Source of the DNA: Escherichia coli
GTDB taxonomy: Bacteria > Pseudomonadota > Gammaproteobacteria > Enterobacterales > Enterobacteriaceae
DNA: 64,000 nucleotides
Strand: one strand, 5' to 3'
NCBI RefSeq assembly: GCF_044324875.1
Contig: NZ_CP172185.1
A program made the position numbers and the translations under genes. Numbering within the stretch: position 1 is the first letter of the stretch; each line of letters begins with the position of its first letter. Of this stretch, positions 13,832-24,633 are shown piece after piece. The notes beneath the pieces were generated by a model. It was given only the letters and a program-made list of their open reading frames with translations. It did not search any database and was not told where the DNA came from.

Positions 13832-13948
13832 AATTCCTTTGTCAAGACCTGTTATCGCACAATGATTCGGTTATACTGTTCGCCGTTGTCCAACAGGACC
13901 GCCTATAAAGGCCAAAAATTTTATTGTTAGCTGAGTCAGGAGATGCGG

Positions 13949-15202
13949 ATGTTAAAGCGTGAAATGAACATTGCCGATTATGATGCCGAACTGTGGCAGG
14001 CTATGGAGCAGGAAAAAGTACGTCAGGAAGAGCACATCGAACTGATCGCCTCCGAAAACTACACCAGCCCGCGCGTAATGCAGGCGCAGGGTTCTCAGCT
14101 GACCAACAAATATGCTGAAGGTTATCCGGGCAAACGCTACTACGGCGGTTGCGAGTATGTTGATATCGTTGAACAACTGGCGATCGATCGTGCGAAAGAA
14201 CTGTTCGGTGCTGACTACGCTAACGTCCAGCCGCACTCCGGCTCCCAGGCTAACTTTGCGGTGTACACCGCGCTGCTGGAACCAGGTGATACCGTTCTGG
14301 GTATGAACCTGGCGCATGGCGGTCACCTGACTCACGGTTCTCCGGTTAACTTCTCCGGTAAACTATACAACATCGTTCCTTACGGTATCGATGCTACCGG
14401 TCATATCGACTACGCCGATCTGGAAAAACAAGCCAAAGAACACAAACCGAAAATGATTATCGGTGGCTTCTCTGCATATTCCGGCGTGGTGGACTGGGCG
14501 AAAATGCGTGAAATCGCTGACAGCATCGGTGCTTACCTGTTCGTTGATATGGCGCACGTTGCGGGCCTGGTTGCAGCTGGCGTCTACCCGAACCCGGTTC
14601 CTCATGCTCACGTTGTTACTACCACCACTCACAAAACCCTGGCGGGTCCGCGCGGCGGCCTGATCCTGGCGAAAGGTGGTAGCGAAGAGCTGTACAAAAA
14701 ACTGAACTCTGCGGTTTTCCCTGGTGGTCAGGGTGGTCCGTTGATGCACGTAATCGCCGGTAAAGCGGTTGCTCTGAAAGAAGCGATGGAGCCTGAGTTC
14801 AAAACTTACCAGCAGCAGGTCGCTAAAAACGCTAAAGCGATGGTAGAAGTGTTCCTGGAACGCGGCTACAAAGTGGTTTCCGGCGGCACTGATAACCACC
14901 TGTTCCTGGTTGATCTGGTTGATAAAAACCTGACCGGTAAAGAAGCTGACGCCGCTCTGGGCCGTGCTAACATCACCGTCAACAAAAACAGCGTACCGAA
15001 CGATCCGAAGAGCCCGTTTGTGACCTCCGGTATTCGCGTGGGTACTCCGGCGATTACGCGTCGCGGCTTCAAAGAAGCAGAAGCGAAAGAACTGGCTGGC
15101 TGGATGTGTGACGTGCTGGACAGCATCAATGATGAAGCCGTTATCGAGCGCATCAAAGGTAAAGTTCTCGACATCTGTGCACGTTACCCGGTTTACGCAT
15201 AA
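13949..15202 (+). CDS. glyA: serine hydroxymethyltransferase
   Basis: 417-aa [19 protein letters not shown]...; PLP-lysine motif [14 protein letters not shown]. Confidence 0.97.
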
Positions 15203-15223
15203 GCGAAACGGTTAATCTGTTGA

Positions 15224-15251
15224 AAAAAGGCTTCCTTCGGGAAGCCTTTCT
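15224..15251. terminator. bidirectional intrinsic terminator between glyA and yphH
   Basis: AAAAAAGGCTTCC-ttcg-GGAAGCCTTTCT perfect hairpin flanked by A and T runs. Confidence 0.8.
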
Positions 15252-15265
15252 ACGTTATCGCGCCA

Positions 15266-16459
15266 TCAAATCTGCCGTAACTGCGCCTCAACATACAAAT
15301 AGCCAATTCCCAGTACCTGTTGTGCGCGGCTTAATTGCCCAAAGCCAATTTTCGTCGCTTTCACGCTCGGTCCTTCGTCGCGGTCGAACGGGTTAAATCC
15401 CGTCTGGCGAATAATGGTATTAAGCCAGTGCTCACCAAAGGCACAACTGCGACCGTACAACCAAATCTGATTAATATTGAGGATGTTGAGGAAGTTATAC
15501 AGACTCAAACCAATGGCATTGGCAGAGCGATCAACCCAGCTGGTGATCCACGGTTCTCCACTCTGCCAGGCAGCGATTAACTGCGCTGTTGTCAGTTTTT
15601 CAGGATCAAGCTGAGTATTAACCGGTTGTGATTTTAGCCATACCCGTGCCTGTTTTTTTAATGCACTTAACGAGGCGACGGTTTCCAGGCAGCCGTAACG
15701 TCCACAGTCGCAGACGACGCCATTCGGATTAACGATGGTGTGACCAATCTGTCCGCTACCATACAAACAGCCGCGATAAATTTGCTCGTTAATCACGAAC
15801 GACGAGCCAATACCGTAATCAACGTTGATCACGCAGAAATCCCGGCCCTGCGAATTATTTTGCCATTTCTCCGCCAGCGCCAGCATCACGCAGTCATTAT
15901 CGACCATCACCCGAATGCCGAGCTTCTCTTCCAGCAGATACTTCACCTCAACCGGCGTTGTCCACGGTGCTTGCGGCATGGTTTGCGACACGCCAGTCAC
16001 CGGATCAACCTGACCGTGGATTGCCAGCGCCAGGTTGATGGTACGGTCCGGCCACAATTTACGGTGGCGATGCCAGCATTTTTCGATTTCGGACAGCAGC
16101 GCCTGCGGCGTCGGTGCATCAATCTGTAAATACTCAAATTCGCCTTTCGGACTTAAACAGGCGTTAGCGACCTGACACTCAATACTGGTAGGCGTCACGT
16201 TCAGGCACAGCGTCCAGTCACCTTCCGGCGCAATCAGCCATGTACCGCTACTATGCCCGCGCGTCTGGCTTTCATCGTCGATATTCACCACCCGTTTTTC
16301 GCTTTCCAGTTCCTGCAAAATATTACTGACCGCCGGAATCGAAATTTGCGCCAGCCGGGCCAGGGTTGATTTATTGGCGCGCTTTTGCCGGTACAGCAGT
16401 TCCAGAATCACGCATTTGTTATGGTGGCGAATCTGTTGATTATTAATGCAGGCTCTCAT
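15266..16459 (-). CDS. yphH: ROK-family (NagC/Mlc-like) transcriptional regulator
   Basis: N-terminal HTH, ROK sugar-kinase-like fold with zinc motif CDCGRYGCLE; 397 aa from the internal Met; divergent from the yphG-B cluster. Confidence 0.85.
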   Translation of the reverse strand: MRACINNQQIRHHNKCVILELLYRQKRANKSTLARLAQISIPAVSNILQELESEKRVVNIDDESQTRGHSSGTWLIAPEGDWTLCLNVTPTSIECQVANACLSPKGEFEYLQIDAPTPQALLSEIEKCWHRHRKLWPDRTINLALAIHGQVDPVTGVSQTMPQAPWTTPVEVKYLLEEKLGIRVMVDNDCVMLALAEKWQNNSQGRDFCVINVDYGIGSSFVINEQIYRGCLYGSGQIGHTIVNPNGVVCDCGRYGCLETVASLSALKKQARVWLKSQPVNTQLDPEKLTTAQLIAAWQSGEPWITSWVDRSANAIGLSLYNFLNILNINQIWLYGRSCAFGEHWLNTIIRQTGFNPFDRDEGPSVKATKIGFGQLSRAQQVLGIGYLYVEAQLRQI

Positions 16460-16576
16460 CTTCACTAAACCTTGTTTAGTTAATTGCGTGATTATTCCGC
16501 GAAAACATTGCCAGATTGTTCAATACACTGCCACAAATCTTTTAATTCAGTATGTCTTGTTAATATTGAGGGCACC

Positions 16577-19500
16577 ATGACTCCAGTAAAAGTGTGGCAA
16601 GAGCGCGTTGAGATCCCGACCTATGAAACCGGGCCGCAGGATATACATCCCATGTTCTTGGAAAATCGCGTTTATCAGGGATCGTCCGGCGCGGTTTATC
16701 CCTACGGCGTGACCGATACGCTGAGCGAGCAGAAAACCCTGAAATCCTGGCAGGCGGTGTGGCTGGAAAACGACTACATCAAAGTGATGATCCTGCCGGA
16801 ACTGGGCGGTCGGGTGCATCGCGCGTGGGATAAAGTGAAACAGCGCGATTTTGTCTATCACAATGAAGTCATTAAACCGGCGCTGGTGGGGCTGCTGGGA
16901 CCGTGGATCTCCGGCGGGATTGAGTTTAACTGGCCGCAACACCATCGCCCGACCACCTTTATGCCCGTTGATTTCACCCTCGAAGCCCATGAAGACGGCG
17001 CACAAACCGTGTGGGTAGGCGAAACGGAGCCGATGCATGGTTTACAGGTGATGACAGGTTTCACCCTGCGCCCTGACCGGGCGGCGCTGGAAATCGCCAG
17101 CCGCGTCTATAACGGCAACGCCACGCCGCGTCATTTCTTGTGGTGGGCCAACCCGGCAGTGAAAGGGGGTGAAGGGCATCAGAGCGTCTTCCCGCCGGAT
17201 GTAACGGCGGTGTTTGATCACGGCAAACGGGCCGTCTCTGCTTTCCCCATCGCCACCGGCACTTACTACAAAGTGGACTACTCCGCCGGAGTGGACATTT
17301 CTCGCTATAAAAATGTGCCTGTTCCAACCTCATATATGGCTGAAAAATCACAGTACGATTTTGTTGGCGCGTGGTGTCACGATGAAGATGGCGGTTTGCT
17401 GCACGTTGCCAACCACCATATTGCGCCAGGTAAAAAACAGTGGAGCTGGGGACACAGTGAATTTGGCCAGGCGTGGGATAAGAGTCTGACCGACAATAAC
17501 GGCCCGTATATCGAACTGATGACCGGTATTTTTGCCGATAACCAGCCTGATTTTACCTGGCTTGATGCGTACGAAGAGAAGCGTTTCGAGCAGTATTTCC
17601 TGCCTTATCATTCTCTGGGCATGGTGCAAAATGCCTCCCGCGATGCGGTGATAAAACTCCAGCGTAGTGAGCGGGGGATTGAGTGGGGGCTGTATGCCAT
17701 CTCTCCGTTGAAAGGATACCGCCTGGCGATCCGCGAAATCGGCAAATGCAACGCGTTGCTCGATGATGCCGTGGCCCTGACACCAGCGACCGCCATCCAG
17801 GGCGTGTTGCACGGTATCAATCCTGAAAGGCTGACCATTGAACTCTCCGATGCCGACGGCAATATCATACTGAGTTATCAGGAACATCAGCCGCAAGAGC
17901 TGCCGTTGCCGGACGTCGCCAAAGCGCCACTGGCAGCACAAGACATTACCAGTACAGATGAAGCCTGGTTTATCGGTCAGCATCTGGAGCAATATCATCA
18001 CGCCAGCCGTTCACCGTTCGATTACTACCTGCGCGGCGTGGCGCTGGATCCGCTGGATTATCGCTGTAATCTGGCGCTGGCGATGCTGGAATATAACCGC
18101 GCCGATTTCCCGCAAGCGGTGGCGTATGCCACTCAGGCGCTGAAACGCGCACATGCGCTGAACAAAAATCCGCAGTGCGGACAGGCGAGCTTGATTCGCG
18201 CCAGTGCTTACGAACGTCAGGGGCAATATCAACAAGCCGAAGAGGATTTCTGGCGTGCGGTCTGGAGCGGCAACAGTAAAGCCGGTGGCTATTATGGTCT
18301 GGCACGGCTGGCGGCGCGTAATGGTCACGTCGACGCTGGTCTGGATTTTTGCCAACAAAGTCTTCGCGCCTGCCCAACCAATCAGGAAGTGCTTTGCCTG
18401 CATAATCTGCTGCTGGTGTTAAGTGGTCGTCAGGACAACGCGCGTTTGCAGCGTGAGAAACTGCTGCGTGATTATCCGCTGAACGCCACTCTGTGGTGGC
18501 TGAACTGGTTCGATGGTCGTAGCGAATCAGCCCTCGCGCAGTGGCGCGGTCTGTGTCAGGGACGCGACGTTAACGCCCTGATGACCGCCGGGCAACTGAT
18601 TAACTGGGGAATGCCCACCCTGGCGGCAGAGATGCTGAACGCACTGGACTGCCAGCGCACGCTGCCGCTTTATCTGCAGGCGAGTTTATTGCCGAAAGCT
18701 GAACGCGGCGAACTGGTCGCAAAAGCCATTGATGTCTTCCCACAGTTTGTCCGTTTCCCGAATACGCTGGAAGAAGTGGCGGCGCTGGAGAGTATTGAAG
18801 AGTGCTGGTTTGCCCGTCATTTACTGGCCTGCTTCTACTACAACAAGCGCAGCTACAACAAAGCCATTGCCTTATGGCAACGTTGCGTAGAGATGTCGCC
18901 GGAGTTTGCCGACGGCTGGCGCGGGTTAGCGATCCATGCGTGGAATAAGCAACACGATTATGAGCTGGCCGCGCGTTATCTTGATAATGCTTATCAGCTT
19001 GCGCCGCAGGATGCACGTCTGCTTTTCGAACGGGATTTGCTGGATAAGTTAAGTGGAGCCACACCGGAGAAACGACTGGCGCGTCTGGAAAATAATCTGG
19101 AAATTGCGCTGAAACGCGACGACATGACCGCAGAACTGCTCAATTTGTGGCATCTCACTGGTCAAGCAGACAAAGCGGCGGATATTCTCGCCACGCGCAA
19201 ATTCCACCCGTGGGAAGGCGGGGAAGGGAAGGTCACCAGTCAGTTTATCCTCAATCAGCTATTACGCGCCTGGCAGCACCTTGATGCCAGAGAGCCGCAG
19301 CAGGCCAGCGAACTGCTTCATGCCGCGCTGCATTATCCGGAAAATTTAAGCGAAGGCCGTTTACCCGGGCAAACTGATAACGACATCTGGTTCTGGCAGG
19401 CGATATGCGCTAACGCGCAGGGCGATGAAACTGAAGCGACGCGTTGTTTACGTCTGGCGGCGACCGGCGATCGCACCATTAACATTCACAGTTATTACAA

Positions 19501-19858
19501 CGATCAGCCGGTTGATTATCTCTTCTGGCAAGGAATGGCGCTGCGACTGCTGGGCGAACAACAAATCGCACAGCAACTGTTTAGTGAAATGAAACAGTGG
19601 GCGCAAGAGATGTCGAAAACCAGTATCGAGGCGGATTTCTTTGCTGTTTCACAACCTGACCTGTTGTCGCTGTATGGCGATTTACAACAGCAGCATAAAG
19701 AAAAATGCCTGATGGTGGCGATGCTGGCGTCCGCGGGACTAGGGGAGGTTGCGCAATATGAATCTGCTCGCGCTGAATTGACGGCGATTAATCCGGCCTG
19801 GCCGAAAGCAGCATTATTCACCACCGTGATGCCTTTTATTTTTAACCGCGTTCACTAA
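16577..19858 (+). CDS. yphG: large uncharacterized protein with C-terminal TPR-like repeats
   Basis: 1093-aa ORF from ATG 16577 (the six-frame ORF extends to 16484); first gene of a co-directional cluster with an ABC sugar transporter. Confidence 0.8.
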   Translation: MTPVKVWQERVEIPTYETGPQDIHPMFLENRVYQGSSGAVYPYGVTDTLSEQKTLKSWQAVWLENDYIKVMILPELGGRVHRAWDKVKQRDFVYHNEVIKPALVGLLGPWISGGIEFNWPQHHRPTTFMPVDFTLEAHEDGAQTVWVGETEPMHGLQVMTGFTLRPDRAALEIASRVYNGNATPRHFLWWANPAVKGGEGHQSVFPPDVTAVFDHGKRAVSAFPIATGTYYKVDYSAGVDISRYKNVPVPTSYMAEKSQYDFVGAWCHDEDGGLLHVANHHIAPGKKQWSWGHSEFGQAWDKSLTDNNGPYIELMTGIFADNQPDFTWLDAYEEKRFEQYFLPYHSLGMVQNASRDAVIKLQRSERGIEWGLYAISPLKGYRLAIREIGKCNALLDDAVALTPATAIQGVLHGINPERLTIELSDADGNIILSYQEHQPQELPLPDVAKAPLAAQDITSTDEAWFIGQHLEQYHHASRSPFDYYLRGVALDPLDYRCNLALAMLEYNRADFPQAVAYATQALKRAHALNKNPQCGQASLIRASAYERQGQYQQAEEDFWRAVWSGNSKAGGYYGLARLAARNGHVDAGLDFCQQSLRACPTNQEVLCLHNLLLVLSGRQDNARLQREKLLRDYPLNATLWWLNWFDGRSESALAQWRGLCQGRDVNALMTAGQLINWGMPTLAAEMLNALDCQRTLPLYLQASLLPKAERGELVAKAIDVFPQFVRFPNTLEEVAALESIEECWFARHLLACFYYNKRSYNKAIALWQRCVEMSPEFADGWRGLAIHAWNKQHDYELAARYLDNAYQLAPQDARLLFERDLLDKLSGATPEKRLARLENNLEIALKRDDMTAELLNLWHLTGQADKAADILATRKFHPWEGGEGKVTSQFILNQLLRAWQHLDAREPQQASELLHAALHYPENLSEGRLPGQTDNDIWFWQAICANAQGDETEATRCLRLAATGDRTINIHSYYNDQPVDYLFWQGMALRLLGEQQIAQQLFSEMKQWAQEMSKTSIEADFFAVSQPDLLSLYGDLQQQHKEKCLMVAMLASAGLGEVAQYESARAELTAINPAWPKAALFTTVMPFIFNRVH

Positions 19859-19954
19859 ACCTTATTAACTGTAATATTTGAGCGGCACGCGCTGCCGCTC
19901 ACGCTCAAATAATTAAAATAAGCCGTTGTAAATAAAAACCCTACAGGAGGTACT

Positions 19955-20938
19955 ATGCCTAAAAAAATGAGAACAACCCGTAATCTATTATTAATGGCTA
20001 CGCTATTAGGTAGCGCACTATTTGCCAGGGCTGCGGATAAAGAAATGACCATTGGCGCAATATACCTTGATACCCAGGGATATTACGCTGGTGTGCGTCA
20101 GGGCGTTCAGGATGCGGCAAAAGATTCTTCAGTACAGGTACAGTTAATTGAAACTAACGCCCAGGGTGATATTTCGAAAGAAAGTACCTTTGTTGATACC
20201 CTCGTGGCGCGTAATGTCGATGCCATTATTTTATCGGCAGTGTCTGAAAATGGCAGTAGCCGTACCGTTCGTCGCGCCAGTGAAGCGGGTATTCCGGTAA
20301 TTTGCTACAACACCTGTATTAATCAAAAAGGCGTCGATAAATATGTCTCGGCGTATCTGGTCGGCGATCCGCTGGAATTTGGTAAAAAACTGGGTAACGC
20401 TGCCGCCGATTATTTTATTGCCAACAAAATTGACCAGCCGAAAATTGCCGTCATCAATTGCGAAGCCTTTGAAGTTTGTGTGCAGCGCCGTAAAGGATTT
20501 GAAGAAGTATTAAAAATCCGTGTTCCCGGCGCGCAAATTGTCGCTAATCAGGAAGGGACTGTTTTAGATAAAGCGATTTCCGTTGGTGAAAAACTAATTA
20601 TCTCCACGCCGGATCTCAACGCCATTATGGGGGAATCGGGCGGTGCGACACTCGGCGCGGTAAAAGCGGTACGTAATCAAAATCAGACCGGAAAAATTGC
20701 TGTTTTCGGTTCGGATATGACCACTGAAATTGCTCAGGAGCTGGAAAACAATCAGGTGCTGAAAGCGGTGGTGGATATTTCCGGTAAGAAAATGGGCAAT
20801 GCTGTTTTCGCGCAAACTTTGAAGGTTATCAATAAACAAGCCGACGGTGAAAAAGTGATTCAGGTGCCTATCGATCTCTATACCAAAACGGAAGACGGTA
20901 AACAGTGGCTGGCAACGCACGTTGATGGTCTGCCCTAA
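19955..20938 (+). CDS. yphF: ABC transporter periplasmic sugar-binding protein
   Basis: Signal peptide, periplasmic-binding-protein type I fold (ribose/LacI-like); strong AGGAGG Shine-Dalgarno. Confidence 0.85.
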   Translation: MPKKMRTTRNLLLMATLLGSALFARAADKEMTIGAIYLDTQGYYAGVRQGVQDAAKDSSVQVQLIETNAQGDISKESTFVDTLVARNVDAIILSAVSENGSSRTVRRASEAGIPVICYNTCINQKGVDKYVSAYLVGDPLEFGKKLGNAAADYFIANKIDQPKIAVINCEAFEVCVQRRKGFEEVLKIRVPGAQIVANQEGTVLDKAISVGEKLIISTPDLNAIMGESGGATLGAVKAVRNQNQTGKIAVFGSDMTTEIAQELENNQVLKAVVDISGKKMGNAVFAQTLKVINKQADGEKVIQVPIDLYTKTEDGKQWLATHVDGLP

Positions 20939-20960
20939 TCGCTGATTCGCAGAGGTCCCT

Positions 20961-22472
20961 ATGTTCACGGCAACAGAGGCAGTCCCGGTAGCAATAGTGG
21001 TAGCTGGAAATAAGCGTTATCCCGGCGTCGTTGCGCTGGATAACGTTAACTTCACGCTCAATAAAGGAGAAGTTCGTGCGCTGTTAGGCAAAAACGGCGC
21101 GGGCAAATCGACCCTCATTCGAATGCTTACCGGCAGTGAACGTCCGGATAGCGGTGATATCTGGATTGGCGAGACGCGACTGGAAGGTGACGAAGCTACG
21201 TTGACTCGCCGTGCCGCTGAACTGGGGGTTCGTGCGGTTTATCAGGAGTTAAGTCTGGTGGAGGGACTGACGGTGGCGGAAAACCTCTGCCTCGGTCAGT
21301 GGCCCCGCCGCAACGGCATGATTGATTACCTGCAAATGGCGCAGGATGCCCAACGTTGCTTACAGGCGCTGGGCGTTGACGTTAGCCCTGAACAACTTGT
21401 TTCAACGCTAAGCCCGGCGCAAAAGCAACTGGTGGAAATTGCGCGGGTGATGAAGGGCGAGCCGCGCGTGGTCATTCTTGATGAACCTACCAGTTCGCTT
21501 GCCAGTGCGGAAGTTGAACTGGTGATCAGCGCGGTTAAAAAGATGTCGGCACTGGGCGTGGCGGTGATTTATGTCAGCCACCGGATGGAAGAAATCCGCC
21601 GCATTGCCTCCTGTGCCACCGTTATGCGCGATGGTCAGGTAGCGGGCGATGTGATGCTCGAAAACACCTCCACGCATCATATTGTGTCGCTAATGCTCGG
21701 GCGCGATCACGTTGATATTGCGCCGGTTTCCCCTCAGGAAATTGTCGATCAGGCTGTGCTGGAAGTCCGTGCGTTACGCCATAAGCCCAAGCTGGAGGAT
21801 ATCAGCTTTACGCTCCGTCGTGGCGAAGTGCTCGGCATTGCTGGCCTGCTGGGGGCAGGGCGCAGTGAATTGTTGAAAGCCATAGTTGGGCTGGAGACGT
21901 ATGAACAGGGCGAAATTGTTATCAACGGCGAGAAAATCACGCGCCCCGATTACGGCGACATGCTGAAACGCGGCATTGGCTATACGCCAGAAAACCGCAA
22001 AGAAGCGGGGATCATTCCCTGGCTGGGCGTTGACGAAAATACAGTGCTGACCAATCGGCAAAAAATCAGCGCCAACGGTGTGCTGCAATGGTCCACCATC
22101 CGCCGCCTGACCGAAGAGGTGATGCAGCGGATGACGGTCAAGGCCGCCAGTAGCGAAACGCCCATCGGCACGCTTTCTGGCGGCAATCAGCAAAAAGTGG
22201 TGATCGGTCGTTGGGTCTATGCCGCCAGCCAGATTTTGTTGCTCGACGAGCCAACGCGTGGCGTCGATATCGAAGCCAAACAGCAGATTTACCGTATTGT
22301 CCGCGAGCTGGCTGCCGAAGGAAAAAGTGTGGTGTTTATCTCCAGTGAAGTGGAGGAGTTGCCGCTGGTGTGTGACCGCATCCTGTTATTACAGCACGGT
22401 ACGTTCTCGCAGGAGTTTCACTCGCCGGTCAATGTGGATGAGCTGATGTCCGCCATTCTGTCTGTGCACTGA
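20961..22472 (+). CDS. yphE: ABC transporter ATP-binding protein, duplicated ATPase (sugar-import type)
   Basis: Two nucleotide-binding domains with Walker A GKNGAGKST / GLLGAGRSE and signature LSGGNQQK. Confidence 0.9.
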   Translation: MFTATEAVPVAIVVAGNKRYPGVVALDNVNFTLNKGEVRALLGKNGAGKSTLIRMLTGSERPDSGDIWIGETRLEGDEATLTRRAAELGVRAVYQELSLVEGLTVAENLCLGQWPRRNGMIDYLQMAQDAQRCLQALGVDVSPEQLVSTLSPAQKQLVEIARVMKGEPRVVILDEPTSSLASAEVELVISAVKKMSALGVAVIYVSHRMEEIRRIASCATVMRDGQVAGDVMLENTSTHHIVSLMLGRDHVDIAPVSPQEIVDQAVLEVRALRHKPKLEDISFTLRRGEVLGIAGLLGAGRSELLKAIVGLETYEQGEIVINGEKITRPDYGDMLKRGIGYTPENRKEAGIIPWLGVDENTVLTNRQKISANGVLQWSTIRRLTEEVMQRMTVKAASSETPIGTLSGGNQQKVVIGRWVYAASQILLLDEPTRGVDIEAKQQIYRIVRELAAEGKSVVFISSEVEELPLVCDRILLLQHGTFSQEFHSPVNVDELMSAILSVH

Positions 22473-22496
22473 TGAATTTTACCGAGGAACCTGAAG

Positions 22497-23495
22497 ATGT
22501 CTGCTTCGTCATTACCATTGCCGCAGGGCAAGAGCGTCTCGCTCAAACAATTTGTCAGTCGCCATATTAATGAGATCGGTTTGCTGGTGGTGATCGCCAT
22601 TCTTTATCTGGTCTTCTCCCTGAACGCGCCGGGCTTTATCTCATTGAATAACCAGATGAACGTGCTGCGCGATGCCGCCACCATTGGGATTGCCGCCTGG
22701 GCGATGACGCTGATTATTATCTCCGGTGAAATTGATGTCAGCGTTGGGCCGATGGTGGCTTTTGTCTCGGTGTGCCTGGCATTTTTGCTGCAATTTGAAG
22801 TTCCGCTGGCGGTGGCGTGTCTGCTGGTGTTGCTGTTAGGCGCGCTGATGGGAACGCTGGCCGGGGTGCTGCGCGGCGTGTTTAACGTACCAAGTTTCGT
22901 TGCCACACTGGGGCTGTGGAGCGCCCTGCGCGGAATGGGGCTGTTTATGACCAACGCCCTGCCAGTGCCGATTGACGAAAACGAGGTACTGGACTGGCTG
23001 GGTGGACAATTTCTCGGAGTGCCGGTATCCGCGCTGATCATGATGGTGTTGTTTGCGCTGTTTGTGTTCATCAGCCGCAAAACCGCCTTCGGGCGCTCGG
23101 TTTTTGCTGTTGGCGGTAATGCCACTGCAGCACAGTTGTGCGGCATCAACGTTCGTCGGGTGCGCATTCTTATCTTTACCCTTTCGGGATTATTAGCGGC
23201 GGTGACCGGCATTTTGTTGGCGGCGCGCCTCGGTTCCGGTAACGCAGGTGCCGCAAACGGTCTGGAGTTTGACGTCATCGCCGCGGTCGTGGTCGGTGGT
23301 ACGGCACTTTCCGGCGGTCGCGGTTCCCTGTTTGGTACATTGCTTGGTGTGTTGGTGATTACGCTAATCGGTAACGGTCTGGTGCTGCTCGGGATTAACT
23401 CCTTTTTCCAGCAGGTGGTGCGCGGCGTCATCATCGTGGTGGCGGTGCTGGCGAATATCTTGCTGACTCAGCGAAGCAGTAAAGCGAAACGCTAA
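22497..23495 (+). CDS. yphD: ABC transporter permease (RbsC/AraH-like)
   Basis: 332-aa polytopic hydrophobic protein immediately after yphE. Confidence 0.85.
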   Translation: MSASSLPLPQGKSVSLKQFVSRHINEIGLLVVIAILYLVFSLNAPGFISLNNQMNVLRDAATIGIAAWAMTLIIISGEIDVSVGPMVAFVSVCLAFLLQFEVPLAVACLLVLLLGALMGTLAGVLRGVFNVPSFVATLGLWSALRGMGLFMTNALPVPIDENEVLDWLGGQFLGVPVSALIMMVLFALFVFISRKTAFGRSVFAVGGNATAAQLCGINVRRVRILIFTLSGLLAAVTGILLAARLGSGNAGAANGLEFDVIAAVVVGGTALSGGRGSLFGTLLGVLVITLIGNGLVLLGINSFFQQVVRGVIIVVAVLANILLTQRSSKAKR

Positions 23496-23560
23496 ACCTA
23501 AACGCCCCTGGCGCGGGTGCGGCAGGGATGAAAATTAATCGTATTGTTAATGAGGGATTT

Positions 23561-24622
23561 ATGAAAACGATGCTGGCAGCTTATTTACCAGGAAATTCGA
23601 CCGTCGATCTGCGGGAAGTTGCGGTGCCGACGCCGGGGATTAACCAGGTACTGATCAAAATGAAATCCTCCGGGATTTGCGGAAGTGATGTCCACTATAT
23701 CTATCATCAACACCGTGCCACGGCAGCGGCACCCGATAAACCGTTATACCAGGGATTTATCAACGGTCATGAACCGTGCGGGCAGATTGTGGCGATGGGG
23801 CAAGGCTGCCGCCATTTTAAAGAGGGCGACCGCGTGCTGGTGTATCACATTTCTGGCTGTGGTTTTTGCCCGAACTGCCGCCGCGGCTTTCCTATCTCTT
23901 GTACTGGCAAAGGAAAAGCGGCTTACGGCTGGCAGCGTGACGGCGGTCATGCCGAATACCTGCTGGCGGAAGAAAAAGATCTGATCCTGCTCCCGGACGC
24001 GCTGAGCTATGAAGATGGTGCGTTTATCAGTTGCGGCGTTGGTACAGCGTATGAAGGGATTTTGCGCGGCGAAGTTTCCGGCAGTGATAACGTGCTGGTG
24101 GTCGGTCTGGGGCCGGTCGGCATGATGGCGATGATGCTGGCGAAAGGTCGCGGTGCAAAAAGGATCATCGGCGTTGATATGCTGCCGGAACGTCTGGCGA
24201 TGGCGAAACAGTTAGGGGTGATGGATCATGGCTATTTAGCAACGACCGAAGGTCTGCCGCAGATTATCGCCGAACTTACCCACGGTGGCGCGGATGTTGC
24301 GCTCGATTGTTCCGGTAATGCCGCAGGTCGCTTACTGGCGTTGCAATCCACTGCTGACTGGGGACGGGTGGTTTACATCGGAGAAACCGGAAAAGTGGAG
24401 TTCGAGGTTAGCGCCGATCTGATGCATCATCAACGGCGGATTATTGGCTCCTGGGTGACCAGTCTGTTCCATATGGAAAAATGCGCCCACGATTTAACGG
24501 ACTGGAAACTGTGGCCGCGTAATGCCATTACCCATCGCTTCACGCTGGAACAGGCAGGAGATGCCTATGCGCTGATGGCGAGCGGTAAATGCGGGAAAGT
24601 TGTGATTAACTTCCCGGATTAA
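23561..24622 (+). CDS. yphC: zinc-dependent alcohol/polyol dehydrogenase (MDR family)
   Basis: GHEPCG catalytic zinc motif, CxxCxxC structural zinc site, GLGPVG Rossmann motif; internal Met start (353 aa). Confidence 0.85.
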   Translation: MKTMLAAYLPGNSTVDLREVAVPTPGINQVLIKMKSSGICGSDVHYIYHQHRATAAAPDKPLYQGFINGHEPCGQIVAMGQGCRHFKEGDRVLVYHISGCGFCPNCRRGFPISCTGKGKAAYGWQRDGGHAEYLLAEEKDLILLPDALSYEDGAFISCGVGTAYEGILRGEVSGSDNVLVVGLGPVGMMAMMLAKGRGAKRIIGVDMLPERLAMAKQLGVMDHGYLATTEGLPQIIAELTHGGADVALDCSGNAAGRLLALQSTADWGRVVYIGETGKVEFEVSADLMHHQRRIIGSWVTSLFHMEKCAHDLTDWKLWPRNAITHRFTLEQAGDAYALMASGKCGKVVINFPD

Positions 24623-24633
24623 GGAGTCAGCGG

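Noticed and set aside
22604-23434. 276-aa minus-strand ORF antisense to yphD
   Set aside because: Shadow ORF inside the ABC permease gene; Pro/Thr/Arg-rich low-complexity translation; no independent start signals.
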